Shown: positions 1-9,793 of the stretch, in pieces | Numbering within the stretch: position 1 is the stretch's first letter | Layout of the letters: every line of letters begins with the position of its first letter | Origin: a virus | Direction: 5' to 3' (one strand) | Virus record (IMG/VR): IMGVR_UViG_3300047095_000811 | Span: 32,001-96,000 of that record | DNA: 64,000 nucleotides | Notes under the pieces: model-generated | Seen by the model: the letters and a program-made list of their open reading frames with translations, nothing else | What the model was told of the DNA's origin: nothing | Databases searched by the model: none | Program-made: the position numbers and the translations under genes

Positions 1-1427
1 TAGGGCACGACGAATACGTACGCGTCTGTGTTGTACATGTAAGGATCGGGAATCTCCCCGAGGCTCAGCAGCCGGTAGGACGAGGTTGCCCGATCGTAGA
101 TGACGACAGTTCCGGCCTTGATCGAGAAGTTCCGCTCGGAGATCTCTTGGAAGTCCAGCTTCAGATCGACCGTGTTCGTCGGAACCACGGTGCCGTCGGC
201 GAGGCGGAGGAGCAGGTACACCGAGTAGATTCGCCGGAAGAAATCGTCCCGGACCTTGATGACTTTGGTGTCGATGCTCTTCTTGATGCGCTCGCTCTTG
301 ATCAGATCGAACAAATTCTCCAAGTCCTTCTCGGTGATGTAAGAATCTCTCGTGCGCAGACGGTTGATCAGCGCGATCTTGGACTCCTTGAAGTTACCTT
401 GGTCCTGACCACCAGTGGGATCGGTCAGGCTGATCATGTTGTAACTTGCCTGATCCAGCCAAGAGTCCTTGGCGGTGATCGAGCCGGAGTAGGAGAAGTT
501 GCCCTCCGTGCCCTCGGTGGTCATCAGGCTAACCCGGAGACGAGAGTTGAACGCAGGGTTGAAGTCCCCAACCTTCGGAGAGAAGTACACGCGCAGGGTG
601 GAATCGCCAGTCATCGTGTAGTAGCCGAAGAAGTTGCTGTCAGACGAGATGACTTCCCCGAAGTACATCGGGACCTCCGTCCAGACGTCCTTATTGGCAA
701 AGCGGTCGTCCGGGGTCTGATAGAAGGTGTTGAACGACACCAGATTGGAGCCGAAGTTGATGTCGTAGATGGAACGTTCGAGGATGTCGTTGTTCATGAC
801 GTCGAACGTCATGGACTTCTTCGAGAACTGGTAGAGGTTGAAGAAAATCGTGAGCGTGTCGCCCTCGACCAATACCTTCAAGTGCTCGGTGGTGATCAGC
901 GGGTCGCGGTAGTTTGCGTCCTCGGTGCCGGTCTTGTAACGGGCGTAGGCCGAGACTGAGGTCGTCCCGGTGTACCAGACCTTGAGCTCGATCGTGTAAG
1001 GAAGCATGAACTTCTTGGTGCCGACGATGAACTCTTGGTCGCGGCTGATCTCGAACAGCTTCGTGCCGTCCTGAGTGTACGTGTTGAACGTAGACTGGGA
1101 GGGAAGCTTCATCAGCTTCGTGGTGTTCAGCTTCAGCGCCACTTGCAGCGATGCGGGTTTTGCGAACTCGATGTTGTAGTCGAGCAAGCGAGCCCAGTTG
1201 AAGATGGAGTTCTTCATCGTCGCGGTATTCAGGAAGAACTCTTTGTAGAGCATGTTCCGGTGGAAAGCCGCGTCCTTTGCGATGTGAGAAGCGATGCCAG
1301 TGACGTATCCGAACATGCCGGTCTTCGCAGTCGAGATGTCCTCGATCTTGAAGTAGTCTCTGGCCATTTCGAGGAACAGTTCGTCGTAATTGTAACTGAC
1401 CTCGGAGATGGATGGAGTAATTGCCAT
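1..1427 (-). CDS. Baseplate wedge protein (T4 gp6-like), partial, runs off the window start
   Basis: Absent from the ORF track. Manual translation from ATG at 1427 (SD AAGGA) gives MAITPSISEVSYNYDELFLEMARDYF...LYKEFFLNTATMKNSIFNWARLLDYNIEFAKPA, which matches the gp6-type E.FL.TA...S...A...Y pattern. Confidence 0.7.
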   Translation of the reverse strand, partial: MAITPSISEVSYNYDELFLEMARDYFKIEDISTAKTGMFGYVTGIASHIAKDAAFHRNMLYKEFFLNTATMKNSIFNWARLLDYNIEFAKPASLQVALKLNTTKLMKLPSQSTFNTYTQDGTKLFEISRDQEFIVGTKKFMLPYTIELKVWYTGTTSVSAYARYKTGTEDANYRDPLITTEHLKVLVEGDTLTIFFNLYQFSKKSMTFDVMNNDILERSIYDINFGSNLVSFNTFYQTPDDRFANKDVWTEVPMYFGEVISSDSNFFGYYTMTGDSTLRVYFSPKVGDFNPAFNSRLRVSLMTTEGTEGNFSYSGSITAKDSWLDQASYNMISLTDPTGGQDQGNFKESKIALINRLRTRDSYITEKDLENLFDLIKSERIKKSIDTKVIKVRDDFFRRIYSVYLLLRLADGTVVPTNTVDLKLDFQEISERNFSIKAGTVVIYDRATSSYRLLSLGEIPDPYMYNTDAYVFVVP

Positions 1428-1436
1428 GACCTATCC

Positions 1437-2507
1437 TTAAGATTGCTCCGGGTTCGGGAGCACCAATTTGAAAACCGGCATCCCGGTGTACAAGTCCTTG
1501 CCGCCATAGACGACGCCAGGGTATTTGCTGCTGGATGCTCCGCGAAGCGAGTCCACGGCGCTGCCGGTGTAGTAGCTCCCGGTAGGGTTGCTGAGTGCGT
1601 CGCCGGTAGAGAGAAGGTTGAAGTCCCGGAGGATGTAGAGATTCATGTCCTCCTTGTAGGAGAACTGGTACTCCACGGGGATCGTCTTCTTGATGTCGAT
1701 CCCACCGTCCTCGCTGGTGAGCTCACCCCAAGGCACCTTGGTCGGGAAGCACCCCGTATAGCGGCACCAGTGGGTGATGGTCTCACCGTCCGGCTGGACG
1801 GTGAACACGTAGATGCTGCACATGTAGTCGATCGTTCTCGACAGATGGCTCAGCATGTCCGCACCGGCGAGGTACCTGCCGGTCAGAGTGTCGCCCATGA
1901 AAGCTTTCTCGATGTACTCCAGCCAGAGCCGATGCAGCTTCATGATGGTCAGGTGGCCGTCTTCGAGGTAGTTGACGGTCATTTGGCCGCTGATCCGAGA
2001 GTCCTTTGCCGTGGTGCCTAGGACGATCTTGTAGCGGTTCCAGGTTTCGCTGTAGTCAACGGTAGCAAGAGCCTCGTCGGACGTCATGTACGAAGCGGCT
2101 CGGTTGGACAGGACCGGGATCATAGACATCGTGGAGCCGGATAGCGCCTCGATAATCTCTCTTGAGTAGATGCTGATCCTGCTGTCGCCTCCCTCAGAAG
2201 GAAGTCCGAGAACTCGCTGGTTGTTACTCAGGATCAGTTCGGTGTTGTTTCCGCCAGTCATCGAAGGGCTCTTGCTGTGGATGGGCAGCTCCGGGGCGGT
2301 GATGAATAGGTAGTTGTACCCGGTGACGAGAGGATCGTCCTTGACCTTCCGGTTCCTCCAGAAAGTCCAGTTCTCATCTCTTCCGGAGGGAGACTCGCTA
2401 GCGTAGTAATCTACGTCTTCGCGGTCCACCTTGGTTTTATCGAGGGACTGCTGGGGCAGACCGAGGATGTACGATTTGTATTCAGACGAAATTGAATCAT
2501 CAGGCAT
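1437..2507 (-). CDS. Tail-tube-like baseplate/tube initiator protein
   Basis: Visible paralogy to the tail tube at 38324-39106: DPLVTGYNY vs DPYVSGYAF, and TVQPD...YTGCFPTKV vs VTRPD...FTHVMPTKI. Late promoter upstream. Confidence 0.65.
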   Translation of the reverse strand: MPDDSISSEYKSYILGLPQQSLDKTKVDREDVDYYASESPSGRDENWTFWRNRKVKDDPLVTGYNYLFITAPELPIHSKSPSMTGGNNTELILSNNQRVLGLPSEGGDSRISIYSREIIEALSGSTMSMIPVLSNRAASYMTSDEALATVDYSETWNRYKIVLGTTAKDSRISGQMTVNYLEDGHLTIMKLHRLWLEYIEKAFMGDTLTGRYLAGADMLSHLSRTIDYMCSIYVFTVQPDGETITHWCRYTGCFPTKVPWGELTSEDGGIDIKKTIPVEYQFSYKEDMNLYILRDFNLLSTGDALSNPTGSYYTGSAVDSLRGASSSKYPGVVYGGKDLYTGMPVFKLVLPNPEQS

Positions 2508-2539
2508 GGTGATTCCTCGTGGAAAGCCGTTGGTTGATT

Positions 2540-2551
2540 TATTATGATGTT
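2540..2551 (-). promoter_or_regulatory. Late promoter AACA-N6-TA
   Basis: AACA-tcataa-TA, 33 nt upstream of the 2507 start. Confidence 0.7.
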
Positions 2552-2587
2552 TTCCATTATAAATATAGGGAAAGCATCGTCAATATG

Positions 2588-2599
2588 AACATCCTCTTA
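2588..2599 (+). promoter_or_regulatory. Late promoter AACA-N6-TA
   Basis: AACA-tcctct-TA upstream of 2652. Confidence 0.7.
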
Positions 2600-2651
2600 G
2601 AAAATCCTAGATGTCTAGGCTGATTTACTTCCAATCTAGAGGGCCAAAACT

Positions 2652-3767
2652 ATGCCTTTCTCAACTCTCATCGATCGGGCATCTGACAAGGTGCAGGATC
2701 TCGCCGCGAACCTGTTCAGCAAGACCAGATTCAAGAAGATCACCGATATCAACAAAGAATCCAAGAAGCTCTCTCTGGAGCTGTACGGCGTCTACTCCAC
2801 CAACATCTCCCCGCAGACCATGATGGCGGTGCAGAAGCTGATGGCAGCAAAGTACACCAGCTCGGTTGCATCCGTGCTGAAGCTTCTGGTTCACCAGATC
2901 AACGAGGCTCGCCAGAACGGTCAGAAGGTGGATACCGTCGGTACCGTTCATCGAGTTCTTGCCAACTCCGGTGAGACCAACAACAACGCAATTCAGTCCA
3001 TCGCTGACCGCGTCAACTTCGCCGAGAACGTCGTTTTCAACAAGAACACCCTCTCCTCCACCACCAAGGTTCTGAGCGAGGCTGGAAACAACAACGCCGG
3101 ACTGGGCGACGCCATCGCCGGGACAAGGATGGACTTCGACATCAACATCGACGTCCCGGTGCGCGACAAGTCCGGTAACATCGTCTGGGACGACAAGGGT
3201 TACGCCGAGACCAAGTCGGACAGCATCCGCTTCGACGTGCTGACCACTGTCAACATGGTTCCCATCGACGCTCCGAAGCTCGTCGAGACGGTTGGTACCA
3301 CGAAGGACCGTAGCATTCTCTTCAACTACATCAAGCTCCGTGCTGGCAACTCCTCGCCGCTGCAGGGGTTCTTGATGAACCTGAAGGAAATCGATAAGGA
3401 GGTCCAGCGCAACGTCTCCGACTCGATGGAGGACCGAATCCTCGCTTCCATGATGAAGAAGGGCGGCTTCCTGATTCCCGAGTACTTCTCCGAGCTGACC
3501 GAGTCCCGCCACTACGTCATGTGCATCGAGAAGTCTGATGCAGATATGCTCCGTTCGAACTACGGCTTCGACCTTAGAAAGCCGAACGCCCTGCGCACCC
3601 TGTTCGACCGCTACAAGATCCTCTCTCTGGTCATCGTTGACTCCGTCAGCAAGAACCTGATCATCCACGACAGCGACAACCCGCTGACCGGCGTGACGAT
3701 CAACTACGACAAGAGCATGGACAACAACGAAGCTCTCGACACCTTCATGAAGCTCGTTCGCAACTAA
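2652..3767 (+). CDS. Putative virion structural protein
   Basis: 371 aa ORF with phage codon bias and a late promoter; no catalytic motif recognised. Confidence 0.6.
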   Translation: MPFSTLIDRASDKVQDLAANLFSKTRFKKITDINKESKKLSLELYGVYSTNISPQTMMAVQKLMAAKYTSSVASVLKLLVHQINEARQNGQKVDTVGTVHRVLANSGETNNNAIQSIADRVNFAENVVFNKNTLSSTTKVLSEAGNNNAGLGDAIAGTRMDFDINIDVPVRDKSGNIVWDDKGYAETKSDSIRFDVLTTVNMVPIDAPKLVETVGTTKDRSILFNYIKLRAGNSSPLQGFLMNLKEIDKEVQRNVSDSMEDRILASMMKKGGFLIPEYFSELTESRHYVMCIEKSDADMLRSNYGFDLRKPNALRTLFDRYKILSLVIVDSVSKNLIIHDSDNPLTGVTINYDKSMDNNEALDTFMKLVRN

Positions 3768-3777
3768 GGAGCCAGAA

Positions 3778-4908
3778 ATGGAAAAAATGAAAACGTGCGA
3801 GGAGTTTCTCAACGAAACCGCGTACCAATTCTTCACCAATGAGGACGTGAACAAGTTCGCGTTCCACGCTCTGCCCAAGGCCGAGAAGCATCAAGTTGCG
3901 GCACACGCTTCCCTGATCGGCCTGAGCGAGTTCGTCAACAACCCGCTGACCGTCAAGGATGCTGTCAAGGTTGCTGACAACCACGACACCGCCAACGGCG
4001 AGAAGTATCAGGCTTCCACTTCCCTGAGCGCCGGGTACTTCAGCAAGATCGTGTCCTCCAACGGCGACGTTCGCAAGACTGCGAACTACGTCAGCAACCG
4101 CTCGCTGATCGCGTACGCCAAGTCCGTCTGCGGTTCCAACGGCGCTGGCAACACCGGTCACTTCATGAAGAAGCTTACCGAGCTGGAGCTGGCCCTGAAC
4201 AATCTGGAGAAGTACGCTCCCGAATTCGCCAAGGTGATGGACTACGAGGCCCGCACCTACAAAGAAGAGAGCAAGCGCGTGATGACTCAGTTCTACACGA
4301 ACGTAGTCGTCGCGGTGGACGTCGGCGTGGACGTGCTGTATTCCTACAGCATCAACGCGGACATCGACTACTCTCGTCGCCCTGCATTCGTGAAGACCGT
4401 TCACTTCGAGTGCCCGGCAGAGTTCATGGCGGAGCACTTCACCCTGATCCATTACTTCAACTCACTGGCGATCTCCGGCAAGCTCCGTAACGTGCTCGAC
4501 AAGGGCACTCTGGACTCGCTGCTGACCGCCCGTGACAAGGTACTGCGCGAAGAGAACGTTCTGGACGCCGTCTTCGCGATGGTGGCTTCGAACAAGTACA
4601 CCGATCTGCTGCTGCTTCCCCTGTACGTCATCCGCATGGTGGTGTACACTGTGAAGTACCTGTCGGCTTCCTACCAGAAGCTGACCTTCAGCATCGGCCA
4701 AAGCATTGCGATGGTCCGCAAGACCACCGTGACTGAGGACGAATTCAAGTCCTACAAGAAGGAAGCTAACTTCAAGGCTGCTCAATTTGATCAGGCCAGC
4801 AAGAAGGCTGCGATGGACACCTCCGCGACGGTCAAGGCCGACACCGAAGGAGTTGTTGACCTCGCGAAACAACGTTCTGACGGCGTTTCTAACTCGACGC
4901 TCATCTGA
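3778..4908 (+). CDS. Putative virion (head) protein
   Basis: 376 aa, SD AAGGAG, carries L-x-E motifs (FLNE, VLREE). Confidence 0.6.
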   Translation: MEKMKTCEEFLNETAYQFFTNEDVNKFAFHALPKAEKHQVAAHASLIGLSEFVNNPLTVKDAVKVADNHDTANGEKYQASTSLSAGYFSKIVSSNGDVRKTANYVSNRSLIAYAKSVCGSNGAGNTGHFMKKLTELELALNNLEKYAPEFAKVMDYEARTYKEESKRVMTQFYTNVVVAVDVGVDVLYSYSINADIDYSRRPAFVKTVHFECPAEFMAEHFTLIHYFNSLAISGKLRNVLDKGTLDSLLTARDKVLREENVLDAVFAMVASNKYTDLLLLPLYVIRMVVYTVKYLSASYQKLTFSIGQSIAMVRKTTVTEDEFKSYKKEANFKAAQFDQASKKAAMDTSATVKADTEGVVDLAKQRSDGVSNSTLI

Positions 4909-4911
4909 CAG

Positions 4912-4966
4912 AACATTAAAGTAGATCTGGCTCACGATTCTAAGACGCCGTAAGAACATTACGGTA
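4912..4966 (+). promoter_or_regulatory. Tandem late promoters AACA-N6-TA (4912-4923 and 4955-4966)
   Basis: AACA-ttaaag-TA and AACA-ttacgg-TA upstream of 5026. Confidence 0.7.
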
Positions 4967-5025
4967 GCTTAGCACACTGTGAGCCAAAACTCCCATTTGA
5001 CTTACCCTTACAAAGGATACAAAAC

Positions 5026-5874
5026 ATGGCACTGTTTCTCTCCGAATCCGTGGAAATCATCCGCGAAGTGAGCCTGCAAGAAGCGATGGAATCCATCGTC
5101 GAGATGGTTCAAGAAGACGCCAACCTGACCGAAGCGATGCTGAAGGCCGACTTCGCCATCCACGAGAAGACCCGCGTTCTGCGCGAGTCCGGCGACGAAG
5201 CTGGCGCTGGTTCCCAAGAGAAGGGCTTCCTGGCCCGCGTCTGGGACGCCATCGTTGCTTTCTGCAAGAAGGTCTATGACGTGATCGTGAAGGTCGCTGC
5301 ATGGGTCAAGGACCATCTGGTCAAGTTCTGGAACTGGGTCTCCGGCAAGTTCGGCGATGCCAAGGAATTCGTCATCGACAAGTACAAGTCCGTGACCGGC
5401 GAGAAGGAAGACCAGATCCGCGCCGAGCTGGCCGCTGAAGCCGACAAGGCCGAAGCTGCTTCCGCTGCCAAGGTCGCCGAACTGGAAAAGCAGCTGGCTG
5501 AAGTCTCTGCCCGCGCCGACAAGGCCGAGTCCGTGACCATCAACGCCGCTTCCCTGAAGAAGATGCAAGACGCTGCCGCCGCCGACCTGGCCAAGGCACA
5601 GAAGGCTCTGAAGAAGACCGAAGCTGCTGCCGAGAAGGCCAAGGGCGAAGTCTCCAAGCTGGAAGATGGCAAGAAGGCATTCAAGGCCAACCAGAAAGAA
5701 GCTGGCAAGATGGGCATCAAGGCTTCCTTCGATGAAGAAGGTCTGTCCGGCGCCAAGGAAAAGGCTGCCAATGCCAAGGCTGCTGTCAAGGCTGCTCAGG
5801 CTGTGGTGAAGTCCGCTCAGAAGCGCGTGGCTCAACTGACCACCGGCATCAAGGTCTCCGCACCGAAGAAGTAA
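5026..5874 (+). CDS. Abundant internal head protein, Ala/Lys-rich coiled coil
   Basis: 282 aa with very strong codon bias. N-terminal FLSE/IIRE/LQE/LTE/LRE motifs, an amphipathic W-rich helix and a basic C-terminus. Confidence 0.6.
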   Translation: MALFLSESVEIIREVSLQEAMESIVEMVQEDANLTEAMLKADFAIHEKTRVLRESGDEAGAGSQEKGFLARVWDAIVAFCKKVYDVIVKVAAWVKDHLVKFWNWVSGKFGDAKEFVIDKYKSVTGEKEDQIRAELAAEADKAEAASAAKVAELEKQLAEVSARADKAESVTINAASLKKMQDAAAADLAKAQKALKKTEAAAEKAKGEVSKLEDGKKAFKANQKEAGKMGIKASFDEEGLSGAKEKAANAKAAVKAAQAVVKSAQKRVAQLTTGIKVSAPKK

Positions 5875-5890
5875 TCCGTTTCCACGGATA

Positions 5891-5928
5891 AAGAATCCCC
5901 ATACCCGCGAGGGTATGGGGATTTCTTT
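5891..5928. terminator. Bidirectional intrinsic terminator (CCCCATACCC family)
   Basis: CCCCATACCC-GCGA-GGGTATGGGG between convergent genes, with A/T-rich flanks. Confidence 0.8.
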
Positions 5929-5931
5929 GCT

Positions 5932-8640
5932 CTAGTAGCCGCCTCTCAACTTGCTGGCCTTGGCGAATGCCAGCTGGCTTGGAGAGGTCAGAGAAGCTCG
6001 GTCGATCTTTGGATAGCTGGATGACATGCTGTTCATCGCCAGCCTGATCTCGCCTCGCTGCTGACCGTTGTAGTGCATGCCGATGTGAATCCAACGCCAC
6101 TCGGATCCGTTGCCCTCCAGAATTATCTGGTCGAAAGGGATGCCACTCTGGGTCGCCAGCCAGAAGAATGGTTCGCACAGCAGGTCGCCGGTGCCCGGAG
6201 ATGGAACGATGTCCGCAGCCATAGCCCAGATGTGCATCGAAGACTTGCTGCCCCCGGAAGGGATGTGGTAACGATAGAACGAGTTCATCCTCCCGCCTCC
6301 GCCGACGAACTTCCCGTACTTGGCGATGATCGGGTCAAGAGCAACCTTAGCGAACTTCTGAGCGAAACAGAACAGGTTGAAATCCTGACACAGCGCAGAT
6401 CCACGGTCCGGGTATGCCCCGTCCTTCGTGGTGTAGCAGTCCTCCAGTTTCAGGTTGGCCGACATCGGGTATGACGCCGGGATCTGCTGAGGTATGGAGC
6501 GACCGTTATAGTCGTTTTTCCCTGAGAACGAGCACGAGAACGGGCCAGTGTCGCCGGTCCTCCTGATGATTGGAGGGGTGCGGACGCTGCCGGTGCGGGC
6601 TGACCCGACGCCGAGAGACTGCTGGCGGAAGTAGGCGTACTCCTGCTTCATGCGCTTCACCTTGTCCACGTAGGACTCCCTCTGGATCACTGCGCCGTTG
6701 ACGGTGATCTTCGGGATGTTCGTAAAGTACATGTTGGCGTTCATCGGGACGCCGGTCTTGCCCTCCGACTGCGGGGAAGTGAAGTAGAACTTCACCGCCT
6801 TGAGACGGTACTCGCCGGAGTGGAGCTCGTCGTCCTTGTTGTAGAACTTCAGCACGTACTGCATGTTCTCCGTGAAGGCAAAGATGTCCACGTTGCACAG
6901 CTGGATGACCACGTTCAGCTGCTTCTCCCTGATGCTGTCCTGCAGCTGCGTCAGGTTGTACGGATTGTCGTTGCTCCCCCAGTAAGTCCTCTGGGTGGCC
7001 TCGTCGTCCATATTGATGTCGCACTCGGAGAAGACCGTGTCGTCCTGACTGGTCTGGATGATCCGCACGTTGTCTCCGTCGAGGATCTTCCCGGCGTTCT
7101 TCTTGTCGATCTGGTAGGGCTGCATGGTCCGGGCGATCAAGATATTCGACTTCTGGTCGATGTTCGAACCTTCCTCGAATTCCGGAATAGTCGTCTTCGA
7201 CACCTTGTCTAGGATCTCGATGAGCACCTGCTCCACCGTGTTCTTGCCGGGGGCGGTGCCGCCCTTGTCGGTGACCGTGACGAGAGTCTTGTTGCTGAAT
7301 CTGCCCGTTTCCTCGTCCTTCTCGGATACCACCGTGTCGAACATCACCCGGATGCCGGTGCGGTAGACGCCGTACTTCTCCTGAAGTTGCTTGATGTTCT
7401 GGGCGATCGTTCCGGGGTCAAGGATCACCTGCTCGTAGGTAGTGACGTTATCCGGAGGAGTGATCGCAAACTTCACGATGTCCTTCTCTGCGGAGTTGAT
7501 CTTCTTCTGGTCGTTGTACGCCTCGTTGAGGAGCGCGGTGATCACGTCCAACATGGTGACATTGTTGTAGACCTTGCTCTTCACCTTGCCGTTGATTTCT
7601 ACGTTCCGCTTGCTCACCAGATCCAGCTTGACCTTGTGGCGTGGGATGCCGGACGTTGGGTTCTCCTCCACCACCGAATCGGTCGGCAGCGACGGATTGA
7701 TCGGTATGAGGGGATGGTTGTCGAGGACTACGGTCTTCATGATGTAGTCCTCTTTGCCCTTGAGCTTGTTCCGCTCCCACTTCTTAACGTTGATGAAGAA
7801 GCGAAGCTGCTCGAAGTCGCTCTTGAAGTCCTTGAAGTTCAAGTCAGTCAGGGTCAGCAGTACAGAGAAGACCGGCATGACGAGCAGGTCGTACTCCATC
7901 GTGTAGATGAACTCGTTGATGAACGGGTCCAGCTTCACGACCTCGTTGTCCGGGCGGATGTAGTAGAGCTCGATGTCGTACACCCACTGGTCTAGGACTC
8001 TCTCCGGGATCTTTGGGTTCTTGTCCGGGTTCTCGGAGGAGTTCAGCCTTGTCGGCTTGTCCGACAGCTGCTCGGTCCTCGATTCCTCCAGGATTTTCTT
8101 CTTGATCTTCTCGACCTCGGCGACCAGAGGAGCGACGTCGTTGATGAACGAGACTAGCACCTGCTTCTGCTCGGAGACTAGATCGTCGGACTTGACTTTC
8201 TCCTCCAAATCCTTGATGCTGTACTCGGTTAGCTGCGCCGGGTCAAAAACTTTGTCCTTCAGCTTGTCTTGGAGCAGGTTGAAGTCGCTGAACGCCAAGC
8301 GCATCTTCGGAAACTTCTCGTGCGCCATGACTTCGTCGTCGGTCGGAGTCCCGGTAGCCGACGTGGCTTTCACCTCGTCGTATATGGTCTGCCCGATGTA
8401 GACTGCAGCGTTGTTGTAGTCCAGTTCGTACTTCTTGAGGATGTCTGAATACTTTAGCTTGATAGCATTCAGATCCATGAATTCTTTTTGGTACTTGCGG
8501 ACCTCGTCCTGTTTCTTGCCGCTGGTCGGCTTCAGGCGAGATTTTCTCGGGTCAAGGCGAACCGTGATGTCGTTCACGGCGCTCGATACCTTGTTTACCT
8601 CAGAGAAAGTCTTTGCGAGGTCGAAGAGGGTTCCGGCCAT
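5932..8640 (-). CDS. Tail/baseplate hub protein with C-terminal M15-family Zn peptidase
   Basis: The C-terminal SFYR...SSMHIWAMAAD...WIHIG fits the peptidase M15 H-x6-D...H pattern. The large N-terminal and middle part is hub-like (inference). Confidence 0.65.
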   Translation of the reverse strand: MAGTLFDLAKTFSEVNKVSSAVNDITVRLDPRKSRLKPTSGKKQDEVRKYQKEFMDLNAIKLKYSDILKKYELDYNNAAVYIGQTIYDEVKATSATGTPTDDEVMAHEKFPKMRLAFSDFNLLQDKLKDKVFDPAQLTEYSIKDLEEKVKSDDLVSEQKQVLVSFINDVAPLVAEVEKIKKKILEESRTEQLSDKPTRLNSSENPDKNPKIPERVLDQWVYDIELYYIRPDNEVVKLDPFINEFIYTMEYDLLVMPVFSVLLTLTDLNFKDFKSDFEQLRFFINVKKWERNKLKGKEDYIMKTVVLDNHPLIPINPSLPTDSVVEENPTSGIPRHKVKLDLVSKRNVEINGKVKSKVYNNVTMLDVITALLNEAYNDQKKINSAEKDIVKFAITPPDNVTTYEQVILDPGTIAQNIKQLQEKYGVYRTGIRVMFDTVVSEKDEETGRFSNKTLVTVTDKGGTAPGKNTVEQVLIEILDKVSKTTIPEFEEGSNIDQKSNILIARTMQPYQIDKKNAGKILDGDNVRIIQTSQDDTVFSECDINMDDEATQRTYWGSNDNPYNLTQLQDSIREKQLNVVIQLCNVDIFAFTENMQYVLKFYNKDDELHSGEYRLKAVKFYFTSPQSEGKTGVPMNANMYFTNIPKITVNGAVIQRESYVDKVKRMKQEYAYFRQQSLGVGSARTGSVRTPPIIRRTGDTGPFSCSFSGKNDYNGRSIPQQIPASYPMSANLKLEDCYTTKDGAYPDRGSALCQDFNLFCFAQKFAKVALDPIIAKYGKFVGGGGRMNSFYRYHIPSGGSKSSMHIWAMAADIVPSPGTGDLLCEPFFWLATQSGIPFDQIILEGNGSEWRWIHIGMHYNGQQRGEIRLAMNSMSSSYPKIDRASLTSPSQLAFAKASKLRGGY

Positions 8641-8725
8641 TTCCACTCCGAAAAAAAAAGATAGCTATGAAGAAGTTCCATACCGCCAAAGCATATTCTG
8701 CCGGAGCGGTATGGAACTCTTCTTG

Positions 8726-9793
8726 CTACACCATGAACAGGGTGGTCTCGTCTACCACATTGCCGAAGTACTCTCGGTTGTAGTACGAGAACTCGTCTCT
8801 TGAGGGTCGGTTCGAGTCGGAGTACTGGTTTACGATGTGCATGGAGTCTGCCTCCTTGATCATCGCCGCATGGATGTGTGGGTTGTAGCACACGTCTCGC
8901 GCCTTCAGCTCTTCGATCAAGTCATCCCGGCCCTTAAACTCCGGGTGCTCGGCGAGAGCGTCGTAGCCCATGAACTTGATGTCAGATTCTTTGAGTTTAT
9001 TGATGATCTTGACCGCTTTCTTGTTCTTGATGTCGGCGATGGGGCATCCGTCATCCCAGCCGGTCAAGTTCAGGAAGAGCCGGATGTAAGAGTCATCGAT
9101 CTTCATCTCGGAATCGTCGGAGATGACCCACTTGTTCTTCTCGTACAGGTGTCGGAAGTACCCGTTCTTCCCGACTGACTTCGAGTGGACGCCGTTCGGG
9201 CGAATGCTGAAGCAGTTGGGAAGAGTCGATGACAGCATCTGCAGCAGCGGATCGTCACTGAGGAAGATGTTGTACTTTGACTTGAGCGTGTCTGTCAGCA
9301 CGTACGGGATGCAGGTCAGCTCGTTAGTGTCAGAGTCCACCACCTTCATGCCCGGAAGACACGGCGCGATGCGCTGGATCTTCTTGCCGATGAACTGGAG
9401 GAAGGCTGGCTTCACAGTCTTCTCCATCTTTTTCGTGCCGTAAGCTGCGTTAGCCTCAAGCTTGATGGGGTCAACCTTCCCGTCGTCAAACATCAGCAGG
9501 AACGTCACTTTACAGTTGCGTTTCTCCACGAGGTAGCGCCGGTAGTGGACCACCAGATTCATGAACTCGGCGATCACCCTGTTCGAGTTGGGGATCAGCT
9601 CGTTCGTCACCGCCTGCTTGTAGTAGTCGATGCGCATGATGTCGAGCATGTACTTCATGTCAATGAAGAAGGTGACCGTGGTGTCGAGCATGCTCTCCGG
9701 CAACACCTCGTCAAGCACGGAGTACTTGACCTTCTTTCTTGTGAACGCGAATCCAACGATGTCGGACGTACTAGCTTCGTCTCTTTCTGTCAT
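8726..9793 (-). CDS. Divergent 5'-3' exonuclease / T4 RNase H-like (FEN fold) protein
   Basis: Motif order FIDM...FDDG...E...LSDD...TG.DD resembles the FEN/RNase H family. Start chosen at ATG 9793 (SD GAGG). Confidence 0.5.
   Translation of the reverse strand: MTERDEASTSDIVGFAFTRKKVKYSVLDEVLPESMLDTTVTFFIDMKYMLDIMRIDYYKQAVTNELIPNSNRVIAEFMNLVVHYRRYLVEKRNCKVTFLLMFDDGKVDPIKLEANAAYGTKKMEKTVKPAFLQFIGKKIQRIAPCLPGMKVVDSDTNELTCIPYVLTDTLKSKYNIFLSDDPLLQMLSSTLPNCFSIRPNGVHSKSVGKNGYFRHLYEKNKWVISDDSEMKIDDSYIRLFLNLTGWDDGCPIADIKNKKAVKIINKLKESDIKFMGYDALAEHPEFKGRDDLIEELKARDVCYNPHIHAAMIKEADSMHIVNQYSDSNRPSRDEFSYYNREYFGNVVDETTLFMV

Noticed and set aside
147-2021. Plus-strand ORFs 147-959 and 1035-2021
   Set aside because: Antisense shadows of the minus-strand baseplate genes; implausible V/R/H-rich composition and no SD.
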